Positions 28,496-38,622 of a stretch of DNA of 64,000 nucleotides are shown here, one piece after another. The position numbers and the translations under genes are program-made. The stretch covers positions 1,344,001-1,408,000 of the forward strand of contig OZ252098.1 of the NCBI GenBank assembly GCA_965248355.1, written 5' to 3'. Below the pieces are notes generated by a model. The model was not told the origin of the DNA. It saw only the letters and a program-made list of their open reading frames with translations, and ran no database searches. The number at the start of each line of letters is the position of its first letter. Positions within the stretch are counted from its first letter, which is position 1. Origin of the DNA: Candidatus Latescibacterota bacterium (lineage in GTDB: Bacteria > Latescibacterota > UBA2968 > UBA8231).

Positions 28496-29950
28496 ATGAA
28501 GCCGCGCCCCGCCCCTCCCGGCGCCCTCCTCGACGATCTCCGGGCAATCCTCGGGGACCGTCTGAGCACCTCCGGCGCCGACCGCGAGGCGCGCGCCCGG
28601 GACGCCTCCCACCACCACCCGGCGGCGCCCGACGCCGTCGCCTTCCCCACCTCCACCGCGGAGGTCGCCCGCCTCCTGGCCGCCTGCCGCCGCCACCGCT
28701 TCCCCGTCATCCCCCACGGGGCCGGCACCGCCGTGGAAGGCGGGGTCGTCGCCGTGCATGGCGGCCTCTGCCTGGACCTGCGTCGCATGGACCGCATCCT
28801 CGAGGTGAACGGCGCCGACATGGACGCCCGCGTCGAGGCCGGCGTGCGCCGCAAGCAGCTGAACCGCCATCTCGAGGAGACCGGCACGGGGCTGCACTTC
28901 CCCGTCGACCCGGGGGCCGACGCCACCCTCGGGGGGATGGCCGCCACGCGCGCCTCCGGCACCGAGGCCGTGGGCTACGGCACCATGCGCGAGAACGTCC
29001 TCGGCCTGACGGCGGTGCTCGCCGACGGCCGCGTCGTGCGCACCGGCACGCGGGCCCGCAAGTCCGCCGCCGGATACGACCTGACCCGCCTGCTGGTCGG
29101 CTCCGAGGGCACCCTGGCGGTGATCACGGAGGTCGGCGTGCGCCTCGCCCCGGTGCCCCCGGCCCAGGCGGCCGCCGTCTGCCCCTTCCCCACGGTGGCG
29201 GCCGCCGTGGACTGCGTGCTCGAGCTGCTCCCGGGTCCGGCGCCGGTTCGCTGCGAGCTGCTCGACGAGGTGCAGATGGAGGCCGTGAGGCGCTACGCCG
29301 GGCTCGACTACGATCCGCTGCCGACCCTGTTCCTGGAGTTCCACGGCACGCCCGAAGGCGTCGAGGAGGCGGCCCTGGAATCGGACGGGATCGCCTCCCG
29401 CTTCGGTGGCGGGCCTTTCCGCTGGGCGATGGAGCGGGCCGAGCGGGAGCGTCTCTGGCAGGCCCGGCACGACGGCTACTACGCCAGCCTGGCCCTGCGC
29501 CCCGGCTCGGTGGGCTACGTGACCGATGTCTGCGTCCCCGTGTCGAGCCTGGCCGAGTGCATCGAGCGCGCCCGGCGGGACGTGGCCGCTGGCGAGCTGA
29601 CCGCCCCCCTCTTCGGGCACGTGGGCGACGGCAACTTCCACGTGGTGGTGCTCATCGACCCCGGCGATCCGCGGGAGCTGGCCGAGGCCCGCCGCCTCGG
29701 CGAGCGCATCGTCGATCACGCCCTGGCCCTGGGCGGCACCTGCAGCGGCGAGCACGGCATCGGCCTCGGCAAGGTCGAGGCCCTGGAGCGCGAGTGCGGC
29801 GAGGCCGTGGAGGTCATGGCCGCCATCAAGGCGGCCCTCGACCCGGCCGGCATCCTCAACCCGGGCAAGGTGCTGCGGCCCCGTGGGGATTGTGCTATCG
29901 TAGGCCGCCCCGAAGCCGCCCCGAACCTCAGCCAGGCCCCGAATCCATGA
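28496..29950 (+). CDS. FAD-linked oxidase (D-lactate dehydrogenase/GlcD family)
   Basis: GSEGTL, GHVGDGNFH, GEHGIG, LNPGK. Confidence 0.92.
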   Translation: MKPRPAPPGALLDDLRAILGDRLSTSGADREARARDASHHHPAAPDAVAFPTSTAEVARLLAACRRHRFPVIPHGAGTAVEGGVVAVHGGLCLDLRRMDRILEVNGADMDARVEAGVRRKQLNRHLEETGTGLHFPVDPGADATLGGMAATRASGTEAVGYGTMRENVLGLTAVLADGRVVRTGTRARKSAAGYDLTRLLVGSEGTLAVITEVGVRLAPVPPAQAAAVCPFPTVAAAVDCVLELLPGPAPVRCELLDEVQMEAVRRYAGLDYDPLPTLFLEFHGTPEGVEEAALESDGIASRFGGGPFRWAMERAERERLWQARHDGYYASLALRPGSVGYVTDVCVPVSSLAECIERARRDVAAGELTAPLFGHVGDGNFHVVVLIDPGDPRELAEARRLGERIVDHALALGGTCSGEHGIGLGKVEALERECGEAVEVMAAIKAALDPAGILNPGKVLRPRGDCAIVGRPEAAPNLSQAPNP

Positions 29951-31164
29951 AGATCACCGACGTCGAGACGATCCTGATCAACCCGAAGCTGGCGGCGCGC
30001 AACGCCGGCCAGAAGCCCCGCTTCAGCGGCATCGACACGCAGACGATCTACAAGGTCGTCCTCAATGACGGCGTCGTCGGCTGGGGGGACACGCGCGGCC
30101 ACGCCGCCATGTCCGACGCGGCCAAGGCGGCCCTTGTCGGCACGAACCCGGTCCCGCACCTCTCCGCCGATCATCCCACCGGGCTCCACGGCGCCCTCTA
30201 CGACGCCGTGGGCAAGAGCCTGGAGGTGCCCGCCCACGCCCTCATGGGCCGCAAGGTCCGCGACCGCGTCCCGGTGGCCGCCTGGACCCGCCCCGCCTCC
30301 CCGGAGGACCTGGCCGCCGAGGTGCAGCGCGCCGTGGACGAGGGCTACATGCTCTTCAAGGTCCACACCTGCGCCTACTACTGCGTCATCGAGCAGACCC
30401 GGGCCGTGGAGGACGTGGCGCCGGCCGGCTTCAAGATGCACTACGACTTCAACCACAACCGCACCTCGACCTCGGTGATGCGCCTCGTCGACGAGATCGA
30501 GAAGTCGTGGGTCGTGGGCGTGCTCGAGGACCCCCTCGTCTGGCGCGACGTCGACGGCTGGCGGCGGCTGCGCGAGAAGACCTCCCTGCCCCTGCTCATG
30601 CACGTGCCCGCCCTCGGCGCCGGCCCCGAGATCATCAACGGCTGCGCCGACCTCTACATGGTGGGCGAGCACGGCATCCCCCTCTCCATCCGCCGGGGCT
30701 ACGCCTGCGCCGAGGCCAACGTCTCCACCGTCATCCAGCTCACCGGGGGCACCCTGAGCAAGGCCCTGGGCCTGCACCTGGGCGCCGTCCTGCCCAACGT
30801 CAGCCACATGACCAACCTCGACGACCAGTACGACGAGGACGTCACCGGGGGCCGCATCGAGGTCGCCGAAGGCAGCTCCCCCGTCCCCCGAGGGCCCGGC
30901 CTCGGCGTCGACGTGGACGAGGCCGAGCTCGAGCGCATCCGCCGGAACCCGCAGACCGAGATCCCCCGGCACATCGGCGTCCTGCACATGCCGCGGGGCG
31001 GCCGCTACTACACGAGGGGCTATCCCGGCGTGGAGAGCATGACCGGCTTCCCCGAGGGCAACGTCCGGGGCATCCGCCTTCAGGTCTGGGAGGAGGACGG
31101 CTCGCAGGAGTGGCGGCAGCGATGGGAGAGCCTGGCCGGCGGCTGGGTGCTGGAGACGAGCTGA
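29947..31164 (+). CDS. Mandelate racemase/muconate lactonising (enolase superfamily) protein
   Basis: MKITDVET start, KVH, DFN, EDP, P.GPGLGVDVD. Confidence 0.82.
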   Translation: MKITDVETILINPKLAARNAGQKPRFSGIDTQTIYKVVLNDGVVGWGDTRGHAAMSDAAKAALVGTNPVPHLSADHPTGLHGALYDAVGKSLEVPAHALMGRKVRDRVPVAAWTRPASPEDLAAEVQRAVDEGYMLFKVHTCAYYCVIEQTRAVEDVAPAGFKMHYDFNHNRTSTSVMRLVDEIEKSWVVGVLEDPLVWRDVDGWRRLREKTSLPLLMHVPALGAGPEIINGCADLYMVGEHGIPLSIRRGYACAEANVSTVIQLTGGTLSKALGLHLGAVLPNVSHMTNLDDQYDEDVTGGRIEVAEGSSPVPRGPGLGVDVDEAELERIRRNPQTEIPRHIGVLHMPRGGRYYTRGYPGVESMTGFPEGNVRGIRLQVWEEDGSQEWRQRWESLAGGWVLETS

Positions 31165-32021
31165 CGGCGCCCGGCGCCGGTCCCGGGGCTCCCGGGACCG
31201 TCTTCGAGCCGGAGGTCGTCCCCCCCGGAGGAGACCTGGGCCGCTGCCTGTTCCTCGCCTTCCGCGGCGACCGCCTGCTCTTCCGCCCGGAGCCGGCGGA
31301 CGGCGACGGCCTGCTGCCGAAGGCGGCCTCCTTCGACGAGATCGGCCCCGCCGCCGGGGACCCCCACTACCTCGGCCGCCGCGGGGACCTCCACTGCTTC
31401 GCCGTGGCCCTGCGCGACGGCGCCGAGCCTCCGCCGGGTCTGGAACTGCAGGACCTGCGCAGCCTCTACGGCGCCCTCGACGAGGAGACCTTCCAGCTCG
31501 CCGGGCGCGCCTTCCAGATCCTCGACTGGGACCGCACCCACCGCTTCTGCGGCCGTTGCGGCGCCGCCACCGGACCCCACGAGAGCGACCGCGCCCGCCA
31601 GTGTCCGGCCTGCGGCCTGCTCTGCTTCCCGCGGGTGGCGCCGGCGGTCATCACCCTGATCCACAAGGGGGAGGAGTTCCTGCTGGCGCGCAACGCCCGC
31701 TTCCCCGAGGGCCGCTACTCGATCATCGCCGGCTTCGTCGAGCCCGGCGAGACCCTGGAGGAGGCCGTGGCCCGCGAGATCCGCGAGGAGGTGGGCCTGC
31801 AGGTCACGGAGATCGCCTACCAGTCCAGCCAGCCCTGGCCCTTCCCGCACTCCCTCATGGTGGGGTTCCGGGCGCGCTGGGCCGGCGGCGAGATCGCCAT
31901 CGACGACGAGGAGATCGTCGAGGCCGGCTGGTACAGCGCCCGCCGCCGGCCGCCCTCCCTGCCCGACCCGATCAGCATCTCCCGGCGCCTCATCGACGAC
32001 TTCCTCGCCGAGCATCCGTGA
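31122..32021 (+). CDS. nudC: NADH pyrophosphatase (start uncertain, 31122-31161)
   Basis: FCGRCG..CPAC, GFVEPGETLEEAVAREIREEVG, SQPWPFPHS. Confidence 0.9.
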   Translation: MGEPGRRLGAGDELTAPGAGPGAPGTVFEPEVVPPGGDLGRCLFLAFRGDRLLFRPEPADGDGLLPKAASFDEIGPAAGDPHYLGRRGDLHCFAVALRDGAEPPPGLELQDLRSLYGALDEETFQLAGRAFQILDWDRTHRFCGRCGAATGPHESDRARQCPACGLLCFPRVAPAVITLIHKGEEFLLARNARFPEGRYSIIAGFVEPGETLEEAVAREIREEVGLQVTEIAYQSSQPWPFPHSLMVGFRARWAGGEIAIDDEEIVEAGWYSARRRPPSLPDPISISRRLIDDFLAEHP

Positions 32022-32674
32022 TGGCCGGGGGCCGGGCGCCGACCAAGGCCGAGAAGGCGGGCGTCATCCTGGAAACCCTCGACGGCCTCTACCCCATGCC
32101 GCCGATCCCGCTGTCCCACCGCAGCCCCTACGAGTTGCTCATCGCCGTCCTGCTCTCGGCCCAGACCACGGACGTCAAGGTCAACGAGGTGACGCCGGCC
32201 CTCTTCGCCCGCGCCGACACGCCGGAGAAGATGGTCAGGCTCGACGTGGAGGAGATCCTGGAGATCGTGCGCACCGTGGGGCTGGCCCCGGGCAAGTCGA
32301 GGAACATCCACCGCCTCTCCGAGCTGCTCCTGGAGCGCCACGGCGGGCGCGTGCCAGAGAGCCTGGAGGAGCTGGAGGCGCTGCCCGGCGTCGGCCACAA
32401 GACCGCCTCCGTGGTCGTCGCCCAGGCCTTCGGCCGGCCCGCCTTCCCCGTGGACACCCACATCCACCGGCTGGCCTTCCGCTGGGGGCTGTCGAACGGC
32501 CGCAGCGTGGAGCAGACCGAGAAGGACCTGAAACGCGCCTTCCCCGAGCAGACCTGGAACCGCCTCCACCTGCAGATCATCTACTTCGGCCGCGAGCACT
32601 GCCCGGCGCGCGGCCACGACCTCGCCTCCTGTCCGCTGTGCAGCGTCGTGGGGCGGCGGAGCCTGCTGAAGTAG
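32021..32674 (+). CDS. nth: Endonuclease III
   Basis: LLSAQTTD, LPGVGHKTA, VDTH. Confidence 0.92.
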   Translation: MAGGRAPTKAEKAGVILETLDGLYPMPPIPLSHRSPYELLIAVLLSAQTTDVKVNEVTPALFARADTPEKMVRLDVEEILEIVRTVGLAPGKSRNIHRLSELLLERHGGRVPESLEELEALPGVGHKTASVVVAQAFGRPAFPVDTHIHRLAFRWGLSNGRSVEQTEKDLKRAFPEQTWNRLHLQIIYFGREHCPARGHDLASCPLCSVVGRRSLLK

Positions 32675-32738
32675 CCTGGGCAAGACTCCCCCGACCTGCC
32701 ATCCGGCCCGGGCGGTGCCGGCATCGGCAGGAGCGGGC

Positions 32739-32770
32739 TTGCCCTTTCGGGAATAGTGATTACAATCACT
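32739..32770 (+). promoter_or_regulatory. Putative sigma70 promoter overlapped by a palindromic operator
   Basis: TTGCCC-16nt-TACAAT; inverted repeat AGTGATT-AC-AATCACT (32755-32770). Confidence 0.6.
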
Positions 32771-32777
32771 TATCGCC

Positions 32778-33467
32778 ATGGAAACCCGGGGAATGGAGGA
32801 TGTGTTCGTTGCCGCGGCCCGGCTGCAGGAGTTGGTGCCCGACGCCGTTCTGGTCGGTGGTTCCGCGGCCGTTCACCACGCCGGACACCGAATATCGCTC
32901 GACGACGACCACGTCGTCCGGCACCTGCGCGATCGCTTCGACGATGTTCTGGCCGATCTCGAGGCAACCGAGGGTTGGATCACGGCGCGAGTGCAGCGGC
33001 CGGTGCTGATCCTGGGACGTCTCGACGGTGTGGAAACGGGGATCCGGAACCTCGTCCGCCGGCGGCCGCTGGAGGTCGAAGAGGCAGCGGTCGGGGAACG
33101 CAGCTTGCGGGTACCGACCCTGTCCGAGATCGCCCGCATCAAGGCGTGGCTCTGCCTGATGCGGAATGCGACCCGCGACTATCTCGATTTCGCCGCCCTT
33201 GGCGACCGACTTGGCGACAGGGAGGCGGTTGGCGTGATCGTGGAGATGGACCGCTACTACGCCGATCAACTCGGTCCCGGCGGCCGCCGTGTCGCCACCC
33301 AAGTCGCCAGGCAACTGGCGGAACCCCGTCCCGACGACCTGTCGGAAGTGGATCTCGTTTCCTATCGAAGACTTGAACATCGATGGCGCGACTGGCGGAC
33401 CGTCGTCGACGCCTGCCGCCGAATCGCCGTCGAAGTCCTCGATCGGCTCGCAGAGGATTCGCCGTGA
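32778..33467 (+). CDS. AbiEii/DUF1814 (MenT-like) nucleotidyltransferase toxin
   Basis: VGGSA....GHRISLDDD; IKA..L.RNATRDYLD. Confidence 0.75.
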   Translation: METRGMEDVFVAAARLQELVPDAVLVGGSAAVHHAGHRISLDDDHVVRHLRDRFDDVLADLEATEGWITARVQRPVLILGRLDGVETGIRNLVRRRPLEVEEAAVGERSLRVPTLSEIARIKAWLCLMRNATRDYLDFAALGDRLGDREAVGVIVEMDRYYADQLGPGGRRVATQVARQLAEPRPDDLSEVDLVSYRRLEHRWRDWRTVVDACRRIAVEVLDRLAEDSP

Positions 33468-33955
33468 ACCATCGCCACCTGGAGGTCGTCTCCGGCACTC
33501 CGGCCGAAGCGCAACCGCTGGCTGCCATCGTCGATATTCTGCAACGAGGCGATCTCGATGAGTGGCGGCCGATCGCCAGGGCCATTCGCCGGGATCCGAT
33601 GGGTGAGTTGGCCGGCAAAGTGCTGCGCCTGGTGGACGCCTACCCGATGTACGGGACCTCCTCTCTCTGGCGGTCGTGGATCGACCGTTGCCGGGCGCGC
33701 GCCGAGGGCGCCGCGCCGTCGGAGGAGGTGGAACCTGCGGCCCTCCGGCGGCGGCTGGGGATGACCCAGGTGGAGGTCGCCGGGCGAATGGGCATCTCCC
33801 AGTCCGACCTGTCCAAGCTGGAGCGCCGGCGCGATCTGCGGCTGTCCACGCTGCGGTCGTATGCGCAGGCCCTCGGGGGCGGCATTCGAGTTCTCTTTGT
33901 CTCGGGCGACGGCCCGACAGCCATCCGGCTGGACGGCACGGACGTCAGGAGCTGA
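33464..33955 (+). CDS. Putative antitoxin: helical N-domain plus XRE HTH
   Basis: GTGA overlap; ILQRGDLDEW; GMTQVEVAGRMGISQSDLSKLE. Confidence 0.7.
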   Translation: MNHRHLEVVSGTPAEAQPLAAIVDILQRGDLDEWRPIARAIRRDPMGELAGKVLRLVDAYPMYGTSSLWRSWIDRCRARAEGAAPSEEVEPAALRRRLGMTQVEVAGRMGISQSDLSKLERRRDLRLSTLRSYAQALGGGIRVLFVSGDGPTAIRLDGTDVRS

Positions 33956-33996
33956 CCCCAGGGCGCCGGTTTCAGGCTGTGCTGGTTAAGCGCGTC

Positions 33997-35373
33997 ATGA
34001 CGATTCAGGACCTCGTCTTCCGGGACACCCGGCTGCCGGAGGAGCCGTCCCCGGACGACCTGCGGGCGGCAGCCGGCGACTACGAGGCGATCTGCCTGGC
34101 CAACATCCGCGCCGTGGTCGAGCGCTTCGAGCGCCACGACGGCGCCTATCCCTTCGTCGACACCAAGCTCGACCTGCGCACCGGGCGCGACCACCCGGCC
34201 GGCGACCTGGTCCGGGGCTTCGGCACGATCTACGGCTGGATCCAGGGCCGCGGGCTGGAGGCCGTGGCCGGCCACGCGCTCTGGGCGGAGGCCGACTCCC
34301 GCCCGCGGCTTCAGGAACTGGCTCCGCGGCTGCGCGCCATGACCGCGGCCGTCCTCGGCTCGGTGCGCCGGCTGCGGGCCCGCAACGAGGGCCACCTGTT
34401 CTTCTTCATGTCCCCCGACGGATCGCCCTTCGCCATCGGCCCGGGAGACCGCCGCGAGCCGGTGACGATCACCGCCGCCACGCCCAGCGGCTTCAGCGAC
34501 CTCTTCGGCGCCAAGGGCCTCTTCGCCGGCGCCCGGCTTCTCGGAGAGGCCGCCGCCGAGGCCGAGGCCGTGGAGTGGATGGGACGGGTCTCCGCCGACA
34601 TCTGGTCGAGGCGCTTCGCCAGCGACCAGCAGCCCCTCGACCCGACGAACCCGATTGAAACCCTCCCCGGCCGGCACGGCCACGGGGCCTACATGATCCA
34701 GCTCGGGGCCGCCGCCCAGGGCGCCCGGGCGGGGCTCCCCGGCGCCGTGGACGAGGGGCTGCGCCTGATCCGCCACGAGCTGGACAACCACGCCAACCTG
34801 GACGGCCGCCCGGGGTTTCAGGAGGGCGACTTCTGGGAGTTCGTCGACGACGAGGGACGGCCTCTGCGCGAGGAGGGCCGCATCCTCTCCGACCCGGGCC
34901 ACGCCCTGGAGTTCGTCGGGCTCGCCTTCAAGCTCCTAAGGGAGGCGGGGAGCCGGCCGGAAGGGGCCGACTTCACGGTGCCGCTCTTCCGGGTCCTGGA
35001 CCAGGTCTTCGGCTACGGCTTCCAGCCCGAGCCCGGCGGCATCTGCAAGGCCTACGACCTCGTGGCCCGCCGCCCCATCCACACCGGCATGCCCTGGTGG
35101 AGTCTGCCCGAGACGATCCGGGCCGCGGCCCTCTGCTGGCGGACCCTGGACGACGAGGAGGGGAAGCGGCGGTGCCTGCGCATCTGGGCGGCCTGCCACA
35201 ACGCCTTCTTCGAGCACTTCCTGCGGCCCGAGGTCCACCTGATGGCGGTGCAGATGCGCGCCGCCGACGGCTCGGTCTCGCCGGCGATCCCGGCCACGGC
35301 CGACGCCGACCCCGGGTACCACACGGGGCTGAGCCTGCTCGACGTGGTCGAAGCGGTGAGGAGCGAGGTGTGA
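33997..35373 (+). CDS. AGE (N-acylglucosamine 2-epimerase) family protein
   Basis: WIQGR, PGHALE, WWSLPE, GYH. Confidence 0.75.
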   Translation: MTIQDLVFRDTRLPEEPSPDDLRAAAGDYEAICLANIRAVVERFERHDGAYPFVDTKLDLRTGRDHPAGDLVRGFGTIYGWIQGRGLEAVAGHALWAEADSRPRLQELAPRLRAMTAAVLGSVRRLRARNEGHLFFFMSPDGSPFAIGPGDRREPVTITAATPSGFSDLFGAKGLFAGARLLGEAAAEAEAVEWMGRVSADIWSRRFASDQQPLDPTNPIETLPGRHGHGAYMIQLGAAAQGARAGLPGAVDEGLRLIRHELDNHANLDGRPGFQEGDFWEFVDDEGRPLREEGRILSDPGHALEFVGLAFKLLREAGSRPEGADFTVPLFRVLDQVFGYGFQPEPGGICKAYDLVARRPIHTGMPWWSLPETIRAAALCWRTLDDEEGKRRCLRIWAACHNAFFEHFLRPEVHLMAVQMRAADGSVSPAIPATADADPGYHTGLSLLDVVEAVRSEV

Positions 35374-36926
35374 GCTACGACACGATTCTCGTGGGCGCCG
35401 GCGCCGCCGGCTGCGTCCTCGCCGCCCGTCTGTCGGAGGCCGGGCGCCGGGTGCTGCTGCTGGAGGCGGGCCCCGACTTCCCCGACCCGGAGGACCTGCC
35501 CACGGAGGTGCGGCGGGCCTACGGCGAGCCGGGCATCTGGTCCCGGGCCTTCGGCTACCGCACCCGCTTCGGCTGGGGCTACCGGGCGCGGGCCACGGAC
35601 AGCCACCCGGACATGCTCGTCCCCCGGGGCCGCCTCGTGGGCGGCTCCAGCGCCGTCAACGCCCAGATCTTCCTGCGCGGCCTGCCCGAGGACTATGACG
35701 GCTGGGCCGCGGCCGGCAACCCGGAGTGGGCCTGGGCGAAGGTCCTGCCCTGCCTGAGGCGGATCGAGGCCGACCCCGACTTCGACGACGACTTCCACGG
35801 CGCCCGGGGGCCGATCCCCGTGCGCCGCTTCCCCTACGAGGCCTGCGCCGCCGAGCAGAAGGCCTTCTACGACGCCCTGCGCGAGCGGGGCCAGCCCGAC
35901 TGCCCGGACCACAACGACCCGGACTCGACCGGCGTCGGCCCCCTGCCCCTCAACAACGCCGGCGGCATCCGCTGGAGCGCGGCCCTGGGCTACCTGACCC
36001 CCGAGGTTCGGGCGCGATCGAATTTGGAGATCCGCAGCCAGGCCCCGGCCGGGCGGATCCTCATCGAGGGGGGACGCGCCGCGGCCGTGGAGATCCGGGG
36101 TCCCGCCGGCGTCGAGCGCATCGCCGCCGGGGAGATCATCCTCACGGGCGGGGCCATCGGCTCGCCCCAGCTGCTGCTGCTCTCCGGGATCGGTCCCGCC
36201 GCCGACCTGCGGGCCCTGGGCATCCCGGTGCAGGCCGACCTGCCGGGGGTGGGCGGCAACCTCCGCTGCCACGCCCAGTGCGGCGTCAACATGGAGGCGG
36301 AGCCGGCCTTCCTCGGCACCGGGGAGGAGCCGCCCTTACAGATGGGGTGCCGGTACACGGCCGCCGGCTCCGGCCTGCGCAACGACATGTTCCTCCACCC
36401 CGGTTCCGCCGCCCCCCGGGGCGGGTATTACGCGGACGCCGAGGTCGTGGGCTTCAACCTGGTGGCCTCCATCTACCTGGCCGCCGGGGCCGGGCACCTG
36501 GGCCTGGCGTCCACCGATCCCGGGCGCCAACCCCGGCTCGACTACAACTACTTGGGGGAGAGCGCCGATCTGGACCGCATGCGCGAGGGGGTGCGGATCC
36601 TGCTGGATCTGCTCGACCACGAGGCCTTCCGCGGCATCGCCCGGGCGCCGCTGAACATCACCGCCGCCGACACCCGCAGCGACGCCGCCCTCGACGACTG
36701 GATGCGCCGCGTCGTGGCCACCAGCCATCACGTCTCGGGCACCTGCAAGATGGGCCCGGACAGCGACCCCGCGGCCGTCGTCGACGAGTGCGGCCGGGTG
36801 AAGGGGGTGGAGGGCCTGCGCGTGGCCGACGCCTCCATCATGCACGACTGCATCCGCGCCAACACCAACCTCACGACCATGATGATCGCCGAGCGCGTGG
36901 CCGAGCTCATGGCGGAAGGACGCTGA
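35370..36926 (+). CDS. GMC oxidoreductase
   Basis: GAGAAG, GGSSAVN, H.SGTCKMG, LRVADASI, NTN. Confidence 0.92.
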   Translation: MSYDTILVGAGAAGCVLAARLSEAGRRVLLLEAGPDFPDPEDLPTEVRRAYGEPGIWSRAFGYRTRFGWGYRARATDSHPDMLVPRGRLVGGSSAVNAQIFLRGLPEDYDGWAAAGNPEWAWAKVLPCLRRIEADPDFDDDFHGARGPIPVRRFPYEACAAEQKAFYDALRERGQPDCPDHNDPDSTGVGPLPLNNAGGIRWSAALGYLTPEVRARSNLEIRSQAPAGRILIEGGRAAAVEIRGPAGVERIAAGEIILTGGAIGSPQLLLLSGIGPAADLRALGIPVQADLPGVGGNLRCHAQCGVNMEAEPAFLGTGEEPPLQMGCRYTAAGSGLRNDMFLHPGSAAPRGGYYADAEVVGFNLVASIYLAAGAGHLGLASTDPGRQPRLDYNYLGESADLDRMREGVRILLDLLDHEAFRGIARAPLNITAADTRSDAALDDWMRRVVATSHHVSGTCKMGPDSDPAAVVDECGRVKGVEGLRVADASIMHDCIRANTNLTTMMIAERVAELMAEGR

Positions 36927-36936
36927 GGGACACCCG

Positions 36937-38622
36937 ATGAGCGGCCGGGACCTGCGCATCCAGCTCGACCTGCGGATCCCCATGCGCGACGACGTCGAGC
37001 TGTACGCGGCCCTGTACCGCCCGCGCGCCGGGGAGCGGTTCCCGGTGCTGCTGATCCGCTCGCCCTACAGCACCCAGCATCCGCGCTACGTCGACTGGGC
37101 CGTGCGCTTCGCCGGGGCCGGGTACGCCGTGGTCATGCAGGACTGCCGCGGCCGCTACGAGTCGGAGGGCAAGTGGCGGCCCTACACCGACGAAACCCTC
37201 GACGGCTACGACACCTGCCAGTGGCTCGGCGCCCAGTCCTGGTGCGACGGCCACATCGGCACCTTCGGGGTCTCCTACCCCGGCTTCACCCAGATCCTGC
37301 CCGCCCACCTGCGCAGCCCCTACGTGAAGGGCCTGGTGCCGATCGCCAACCAGGAGGACAACTACGGGCACTTGCGCTGTGACGGCGTGCTGCAGCTGCA
37401 GAACGCCATGAACTTCATCTGGCTCGGGGACCGCACCAACCAGAACGCCCCCCGGGACCTGATCGACTGGGACCGGGTCTACCGCCGGCTGCCCCTGGTG
37501 AGCGCCCTCGACGACCTCGGCGAGCGCCCCTTCTACCGGGAGATCGTCCGCCACAGCCGCTTCGACGAGTTCTGGAGCTCCTGCAGCATGAAGAAGCGCT
37601 ATCCCGACGTGGAGACCCCGGCCTACTTCATCACCGGCTGGTACGACAACCTGCTGCACGAGGGCTTCAAGTGCTTCCGCGGCTTCCGCACCCGGGGCCG
37701 CGGGCCGGCCCGCCGGCATACCCGCATCCTCGTGGGGCCCTGGACCCACACCGCCATCGGCGACGCCGCTCCCTTTGGCGACTGCGCCCCCTTCGGCGGC
37801 GTTGGCTTCGGCCAACAGGCGGCGGTCGACATCCCCGCCGAGCACCTGCGCTGGTACGACCAGCGCCTGCGCGGCATCGACACCGGGATCGACGAGGAGC
37901 CGCCCGTGCGGCTCTTCGTCATGGGCGCCAACCGCTGGCGCTCCGAGAACGAGTGGCCCCTGGCGGGCACGCGGTGGACGCCCTTCTACCTGCACGGCTC
38001 GGGACGGGCCAACTCCCTCTTCGGCGACGGCCGCCTGTCGACGGAGGCCCCGGCGGAGGGCGAACCGCCCGACGCCTTCACCTACGACCCGGAGGACCCG
38101 GTGCCCACCTGGGGCGGGCCGAGCATGTTCGCCGAGAACACGGGTCCCCGGGACCGCCGGCCCATTCAGCGGCGCGACGACGTCCTGGTCTACACCACCG
38201 ATCCCCTGGAGCGGGGCCTGGAGGTCACCGGGCCGGTGGAGCTGGTGCTCCACGCCGCCTCCGACGCGCCCGACACCGACTTCACGGCAACCCTCGTCGA
38301 CGTGCATCCCGGGGGCGCGGCGATCCACCTGTGCGAGGGGATCGTGCGGGCCCGCTTCCGCGAGTCCTTCACCGAGCCGAGCCTCATCGAGCCGGGGGAC
38401 GTCTACGAGTACCGCATCCGCCTCTGGGAGACGGCCAACCTCTTCGCCCGCGGTCACCGCATCCGCCTGGAGGTCTCGAGCAGCAACTTCCCGCGCTTCG
38501 ACCGCAACCTGAACACCGGCGAGGATCCGGCCGATGACGACCAGCCGAGGCCCGCCGGGCAGAGCGTCTTTCACGACGCCGGGCGCCCCTCTCACCTGAT
38601 CCTGCCGGTGGTGCCCTCATGA
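36937..38622 (+). CDS. CocE/NonD family hydrolase
   Basis: PMRDDVEL, RSPY, GVSYPG, GPWTH, SSSNFPRFDRN. Confidence 0.92.
   Translation: MSGRDLRIQLDLRIPMRDDVELYAALYRPRAGERFPVLLIRSPYSTQHPRYVDWAVRFAGAGYAVVMQDCRGRYESEGKWRPYTDETLDGYDTCQWLGAQSWCDGHIGTFGVSYPGFTQILPAHLRSPYVKGLVPIANQEDNYGHLRCDGVLQLQNAMNFIWLGDRTNQNAPRDLIDWDRVYRRLPLVSALDDLGERPFYREIVRHSRFDEFWSSCSMKKRYPDVETPAYFITGWYDNLLHEGFKCFRGFRTRGRGPARRHTRILVGPWTHTAIGDAAPFGDCAPFGGVGFGQQAAVDIPAEHLRWYDQRLRGIDTGIDEEPPVRLFVMGANRWRSENEWPLAGTRWTPFYLHGSGRANSLFGDGRLSTEAPAEGEPPDAFTYDPEDPVPTWGGPSMFAENTGPRDRRPIQRRDDVLVYTTDPLERGLEVTGPVELVLHAASDAPDTDFTATLVDVHPGGAAIHLCEGIVRARFRESFTEPSLIEPGDVYEYRIRLWETANLFARGHRIRLEVSSSNFPRFDRNLNTGEDPADDDQPRPAGQSVFHDAGRPSHLILPVVPS

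Noticed and set aside
32590..32674. Endonuclease III with only three C-terminal Cys
   Set aside because: Variant Fe-S motifs occur in ordinary Nth subfamilies; not enough to call unusual
35370..36926. Mycofactocin-linked MftG assignment
   Set aside because: No mft genes in the window; the family-level GMC call is all that is supported
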